The notes under the pieces are model-generated. The model was not told where the DNA came from. It worked only from the letters and a program-made list of their open reading frames with translations, and searched no databases. A stretch of DNA of 64,000 nt from Candidatus Gastranaerophilales bacterium (GTDB lineage: Bacteria; Cyanobacteriota; Vampirovibrionia; Gastranaerophilales; Gastranaerophilaceae), in contig CALUUP010000001.1 in the NCBI GenBank assembly GCA_944323985.1, forward strand, positions 37,029-101,028. The letters are read 5' to 3'. A program made the translations under genes and the position numbers. Shown in pieces: positions 59,776-64,000 of the stretch (positions are counted from its first letter, which is position 1; each line of letters opens with the position of its first letter).

Positions 59776-60423
59776 ATGAAAAAGTTTTTGATAGTTTTAT
59801 TATTGATGAGTTTTGCCCTGCCTTCTAATGCTTTTTTCTGGAACAAGAAAGATAAAGCTTTAGAAAAAGAGTTGGAAGGTAAGGGGTATGCGGGTACTTT
59901 GCCTAATATAGGTGATAAAGTAGAAAAATCAAAAACAAAAGTAACAACTCCGATATTTGAATCTCAAGAGGGTTTTGATAATCCTGCTGATTTAAAGCCG
60001 GTACCTAAAGATAACCCTGCTTTTATAAATATTATTCAGAAAAAGGATAAGAATTCTCCTTTTGTTGATGATGCTATAGAGATTATTCCAATGTTGGAAA
60101 AACTCGTAGATTGTATTGAAGATAATGAAAATGTTCAATTGTTTGTCACAAAAGCTAATTTGTTATCATTAAATATTGATAATTTAGGAGAAAAGTATAA
60201 AGGAAAACCGGAAAGTTATTATGAATCTTTTAGAAAGCTTCAAGATGTTAATCGATACGTAAAATCAATTTCATTATTGAGAAGAGAGGCAATAACATAT
60301 CAACGATATTTAGCATATTCTGAAAGCGGTTCTATTTATAATCCTGAAAACATAGCACAGCAGTTAGAATATTTAAAAGAGGAATTAAATACTGTGATAT
60401 TGATGTTACGCGAAGAGTATTAA
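59776..60423 (+). CDS. Exported hypothetical protein
   Basis: Sec signal peptide (MKKFLIVLLLMSFALPSNA); helical C-terminal domain. Confidence 0.7.
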   Translation: MKKFLIVLLLMSFALPSNAFFWNKKDKALEKELEGKGYAGTLPNIGDKVEKSKTKVTTPIFESQEGFDNPADLKPVPKDNPAFINIIQKKDKNSPFVDDAIEIIPMLEKLVDCIEDNENVQLFVTKANLLSLNIDNLGEKYKGKPESYYESFRKLQDVNRYVKSISLLRREAITYQRYLAYSESGSIYNPENIAQQLEYLKEELNTVILMLREEY

Positions 60424-60470
60424 CTGTTTGTTGACTTGTAATTTTATTTTATTCTGCTAGTTTTACAATT

Positions 60471-60719
60471 GTCAGCCGACTATGTGTCTATGTGCGTAGC
60501 AATGAGGTTAAGTTTTCATTTATAGTTATATTTTTGAGGCTGACTAGTAGTATTTATTTTAACTTGTAATTTTATAACTGTCAGCCGACCATATGTCTAC
60601 GTGCGTAGCAATGAGGTCAAGTTTTCACTTATAGTTATATTTTTGAGGCTGACTAGTAGTATTTATTTTAACTTGTAATTTTACAACTGTCAGCCGACCA
60701 TATGTCTACGTGCGTAGCA
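60471..60719 (+). repeat. 109-bp tandem repeat (about 2.3 copies), probable structured RNA
   Basis: Units start at 60471, 60580 and 60689; each full unit is bounded by GTCAGCC...GGCTGAC and contains GACC/GGTC and CTACG/CGTAG stems. Confidence 0.85.
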
Positions 60720-60720
60720 C

Positions 60721-60745
60721 AAAGAAAAAGAGCCAAAAGGCTCTT
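60721..60745. terminator. Hairpin after the repeat array
   Basis: aagagcc-aaaa-ggctctt; the A-run on the left gives a better U-tract on the minus strand. Confidence 0.55.
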
Positions 60746-60879
60746 GGAATTAAGAATAGCTGGAAGTATGAAAAAGATTTAATAATTATATTAAACTTAA
60801 TTTACTTATAAAAAACTATCAGTAAGGTGGGGAGTATTTTGTAATAAAAAGGTTAATTATAACGAATGTAACGATTTTA

Positions 60880-60908
60880 TTGCAAAAAAAGCATGCTCAT
60901 GATATCAT
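60880..60908 (+). promoter_or_regulatory. Sigma70 promoter of the rpsH-rplF-rplR operon
   Basis: TTGCAA-N17-TATCAT. Confidence 0.6.
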
Positions 60909-60912
60909 AGCT

Positions 60913-61198
60913 TTGTCGGACTGCTAAAGGACGCTTTTAAATGAGCAGAAATTAATTTAGTAAGCGACGAGTACACGGATACTCCGGGTGCAAGGACAAT
61001 GACAAGATATGGACAGAATGCCAAGTCTAATGTAGTTTGGGAATAAGGTGATAAGCTTAAGAATTGCGTTAGGTTGTTTGGCAGAAGGCTTGAATAGTTA
61101 AAAGACGTTAAAAGGCTTAGTTTATGAGCTTAAAATGGTCGGTCATATTTAAAAACCAGTCTTTGTCTCCGGAAGTCCACAAGAGAAAAGGAAGAAAA
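60913..61198 (+). promoter_or_regulatory. Long structured 5' leader of rpsH
   Basis: GC-enriched relative to the flanks; 5' end ttgt(c)ggact pairs with agtccacaa (61174-82) next to the RBS. Confidence 0.4.
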
Positions 61199-61594
61199 AT
61201 GAACACAGATCCAATAGCAGATATGCTAACAAGAATCAGAAATGCAAATGTAGTTTCACATCCATCAGTAGAAATGCCTTCTTCAAAATTAAAAGTTGCA
61301 TTAGCAAAACTTTTAAAATCAGAAGGTTTTATTGCTGATTATTCAGAAAGAGCAGAAGGACACTTCAAATACTTAACAATTGAATTGAAGTATGATGAAG
61401 CAAACAAACCTGTTATTACAAACTTAAAACGTGTTTCAAAACCAGGTTTAAGAAGCTACTGTAAGGCTAAAAACTTACCACAAGTATTAGGTGGTTTAGG
61501 AATTGCTGTAGTTTCAACTAGCAAAGGTTTATTAACTGATAGAAAAGCTAGAAAAGAAAACTTAGGTGGCGAAGTTCTTTGCTACGTATGGTAG
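61199..61594 (+). CDS. rpsH: 30S ribosomal protein S8
   Basis: [49 protein letters not shown]. Confidence 0.97.
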   Translation: MNTDPIADMLTRIRNANVVSHPSVEMPSSKLKVALAKLLKSEGFIADYSERAEGHFKYLTIELKYDEANKPVITNLKRVSKPGLRSYCKAKNLPQVLGGLGIAVVSTSKGLLTDRKARKENLGGEVLCYVW

Positions 61595-61704
61595 TAACAA
61601 TTTAATAAAATCGGGTGTAATTGGCAGAAAAGCCCGAACCGAATTTGATATTCGGAAAAGTAGACAGTAGAAGGGTTAAATCCCTTTAAGTAAAGGAGAA
61701 AAAT

Positions 61705-62244
61705 ATGTCACGTATTGGTAAAAAACCTATAGAAATTCCTTCAGGTGTAGAAATTAAAATAGAAGGAAATGTGTTAACAGCAAAAGGTCCAAAAGGAACA
61801 GAAACTGTAACATTTAGAAATGAAGTAAAAGTATCAGTAGCTGATAATCATATCATTGTAGAGCCAAATTCAGATGATAGAAAAACAGGTGCTTTACACG
61901 GTTTATTCAGAACTTTAATTGCAAATGCTGTAGAAGGTGTTTCAAAAGGTTTTGAAAAGAAATTAGAAATCGTTGGTGTAGGTTACCGTGCAAATATGGA
62001 AGGTTCAAATTTAAATATGGCATTAGGTTATTCACACCCTGTATTAATTGTTCCTCCAGCAGGAATTACACTTTCAGTTGAAGCAAACACTAAAATATCA
62101 GTAAAAGGTACTAATAAACAAACAGTTGGTGATGTAGCAGCATTCATAAGAAGCAAAAGACCTCCTGAAGTATATAAAGGAAAAGGTGTTAAATATGAAG
62201 GCGAATACATCAGACGTAAAGCTGGTAAAGCTGGTAAGAAATAG
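61705..62244 (+). CDS. rplF: 50S ribosomal protein L6
   Basis: MSRIGKKPI, GVGYRA, LGYSHP, RPPEVYKGKGVKY. Confidence 0.97.
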   Translation: MSRIGKKPIEIPSGVEIKIEGNVLTAKGPKGTETVTFRNEVKVSVADNHIIVEPNSDDRKTGALHGLFRTLIANAVEGVSKGFEKKLEIVGVGYRANMEGSNLNMALGYSHPVLIVPPAGITLSVEANTKISVKGTNKQTVGDVAAFIRSKRPPEVYKGKGVKYEGEYIRRKAGKAGKK

Positions 62245-62408
62245 TAGTTTGTGCATAGATTTAGAAGTTGTTAGTATATTAAAATATTTATACAAAATGG
62301 TTTCTGGTTCTATGTTACAAATTGAATTATAGAGAATTAGCCCATATAAACTCTTAGGTCTTGTTTTCTAAGCAGGTTTGGGTAAAAAATAGAAAGGTTG
62401 AAAATAAA

Positions 62409-62777
62409 ATGATTAAACAAGAAATTAGAAAACCAAAAGTACAAAAAAGACACCAAGCAATTAGAGTTAAATTATCAGGTACAACTGAATTTCCAAGATT
62501 GGCTGTTTATAGAAGTACAAAACACATTTATGCACAATTAATTGATGATGAAAAACATGTAACAATTTGTTCAGCATCTTCAATCGATAAAGATCTTAAA
62601 GAAAAATTAGCACATGGTGGAAACATTGAAGCTGCAAAAGTAGTTGGTGAAGCTATTGCTAAGAAAGCTTTAAAAGCTGGTGTTGAATGTGTAGTATTTG
62701 ACAGAGGTGGTTTCTTATATCACGGAAGAATTGCAGCATTAGCAGATGCAGCAAGAGAAGCTGGCTTGATGTTCTAA
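62409..62777 (+). CDS. rplR: 50S ribosomal protein L18
   Basis: [45 protein letters not shown]. Start set at MIKQ. Confidence 0.97.
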   Translation: MIKQEIRKPKVQKRHQAIRVKLSGTTEFPRLAVYRSTKHIYAQLIDDEKHVTICSASSIDKDLKEKLAHGGNIEAAKVVGEAIAKKALKAGVECVVFDRGGFLYHGRIAALADAAREAGLMF

Positions 62778-62798
62778 TATTATATAGGATAAATTTAA

Positions 62799-62837
62799 TA
62801 AAGACGGTGTCGTTAAATATTGACGATACCGTCTTTA
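62799..62837 (+). terminator. Intrinsic terminator after rplR
   Basis: taaagacggtgtcgtt / gacgataccgtcttta stem. Confidence 0.8.
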
Positions 62838-62958
62838 TATTAATATTAATGAAAAATTAATGTTTTAACATTCAAAATCGCTTGATTAGTAATTTTGTTT
62901 GATTTACGATAAAACATGTTAAAAATTGTACTACATGAAATAAGAAGGAGTAAAACTT

Positions 62959-63963
62959 ATGGTAAAAGTAGCAATTAACGGATTCGGTAGAATCGGACGT
63001 AACACATTAAGAGCAGCTATCAGAGAAGGTATCTTCAATGAAATAGATTATGTTGCAATTAACGATCCTGGTTTAAAACCAGAAGATGCAGCTAGAATTT
63101 TCAAATATGACTCTGTAATGGGTAGATTTGATGGTACTGTAGAAGCTTATGAAGAAGGTATCATTGTAAATGGTAAGAAAATTAAATTCTTTGCAGAAAA
63201 AGATCCAGCACAATTACCTTGGAAAGATTTAGGTGTAGAAGTTGTTGTTGAATCAACTGGTTTCTTCACAGATGCAGAAAAAGCAAAAGCTCATATTGCA
63301 GCTGGTGCTAAGAAAGTTATCATTTCAGCTCCTGCTACAAATGAAGATATTACAATTGTTTTAGGTGTTAATGATAAAGAATATGATCCAGCTAAACACA
63401 ATGTAATTTCAATGGCTTCTTGTACAACTAACTGCTTAGCTCCAGTAGCTAAAGTTATCGATGAAAAATTCGGTATTGTTAAAGGTTTAATGACTACAGT
63501 TCACTCATATACAGGTGATCAAAGAATCTTAGACGCAGGTCACAAAGATCCTCGTAGAGCTAGAGCTGGTGCTTTAAACATCGTTCCTACAAAAACTGGT
63601 GCTGCAAAGGCTGTAGCTTTAGTATTACCACAATTAAAAGGTAAATTGGATGGTTTCGCTATGCGTGTTCCTACTCCAGACGTTTCTTTAGTTGACGTTG
63701 TATTTGAAGTTTCTAAAGACGTTACAGTTGAAGAAGTTAATGCAGCATTAAAAGAAGGTGCTGATGGACACGTATTATGCTATACAGAAGAACCTCTTGT
63801 TTCTTCAGACTATGTAGGAACATCTCAATCATCTACAGTTGACGCTTTATTAACTCGTGTAATGGGCGGAAACCAAGTTAAAATCATTTCTTGGTATGAT
63901 AATGAAATGGGATATTCTACTAGATTAGCTGAAACTACTAAAATGGTAGCTTCTAAATTATAA
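62959..63963 (+). CDS. gap: Type I glyceraldehyde-3-phosphate dehydrogenase
   Basis: VAINGFGRIGR, VESTG.F, ASCTTNCLAP, GKLDG.AMRVPT, SWYDNEMGYS. Confidence 0.97.
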   Translation: MVKVAINGFGRIGRNTLRAAIREGIFNEIDYVAINDPGLKPEDAARIFKYDSVMGRFDGTVEAYEEGIIVNGKKIKFFAEKDPAQLPWKDLGVEVVVESTGFFTDAEKAKAHIAAGAKKVIISAPATNEDITIVLGVNDKEYDPAKHNVISMASCTTNCLAPVAKVIDEKFGIVKGLMTTVHSYTGDQRILDAGHKDPRRARAGALNIVPTKTGAAKAVALVLPQLKGKLDGFAMRVPTPDVSLVDVVFEVSKDVTVEEVNAALKEGADGHVLCYTEEPLVSSDYVGTSQSSTVDALLTRVMGGNQVKIISWYDNEMGYSTRLAETTKMVASKL

Positions 63964-64000
63964 TCTTTAGAACATATAAAAAAGGGATTAAACATTAATT

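Noticed and set aside
60471-60719. CRISPR array
   Set aside because: Units are contiguous near-identical 109-mers with no unique spacers, and no cas genes are nearby.
60915-61198. Group I intron, RNase P, SRP RNA, T-box or rpsN remnant in the rpsH leader
   Set aside because: Only loose partial resemblances (aagatatggac, ggaagtcc) are present; the required core motifs and an S14-like reading frame are absent.
61124-61198. N-terminal extension of S8; likewise the extended starts at 62361 (L18), 45950 (FtsX), 3569 (NadB), 13366 (Udp) and 55061 (XRE2)
   Set aside because: Downstream ATGs match family N-termini and mostly have better RBSs; the extensions are longest-ORF artefacts.
61610-61700. 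tRNA-like sequence (gtgtaattggcag; gggttaaatccc)
   Set aside because: There is no acceptor stem or anticodon arm in the right spacing and the T-loop lacks TTC; better explained as separate hairpins.
3982-62295. Short antisense or overlapping ORFs in the track (e.g. 3982-4188, 7524-7802, 11226-11525, 14177-14557, 33441-33812, 37986-38387, 39188-39580, 54592-55038, 62028-62210)
   Set aside because: They lie within well-supported genes, lack RBSs and recognisable motifs, and look like shadow frames.

Overview
AT-rich bacterial chromosomal window. It is diderm (lpxA, OmpH/Skp, lgt), anaerobe-like (rubrerythrin) and carries lineage-specific hypothetical proteins. My inference, not a search result, is Melainabacteria, probably Gastranaerophilales. 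Most of it is housekeeping: nadB-nadC, rpsT, rarA, udp, rplS-ylqF, lpxA, GH57 and GH13 glucan enzymes, gcvPB, ffh-pth, era, rph, ftsEX, lgt, yebC-ybaB-recR, eno, an isolated rpsH-rplF-rplR operon and gap. I found no tRNA, rRNA, CRISPR array, transposase or integrase. The main non-obvious signals are as follows. (1) Three dispersed paralogs form an uncharacterised, internally duplicated membrane-protein family (11069-12280, 14867-16312, 37597-38826). Two of them follow short leader peptides missing from the ORF track: a Trp-Trp leader with classic 1:2/2:3/3:4 attenuator helices, and a His-rich leader with an RBS-sequestering hairpin. This suggests a new amino-acid-responsive family, possibly transporters. 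(2) A FliA-like sigma factor lies in the window, and sigma28-type promoters precede two 'MGMxASQxRLL' proteins of flagellin-like architecture and an EF-hand protein with a near-identical 774-bp internal duplication. (3) A 109-bp tandem repeat appears to fold as RNA. (4) There is a candidate antisense sRNA and small hydrophobic peptide pair. (5) The split S8-L6-L18 operon has a ~280-nt closed 5' leader. All product calls come from motif recognition; no database searches were run.
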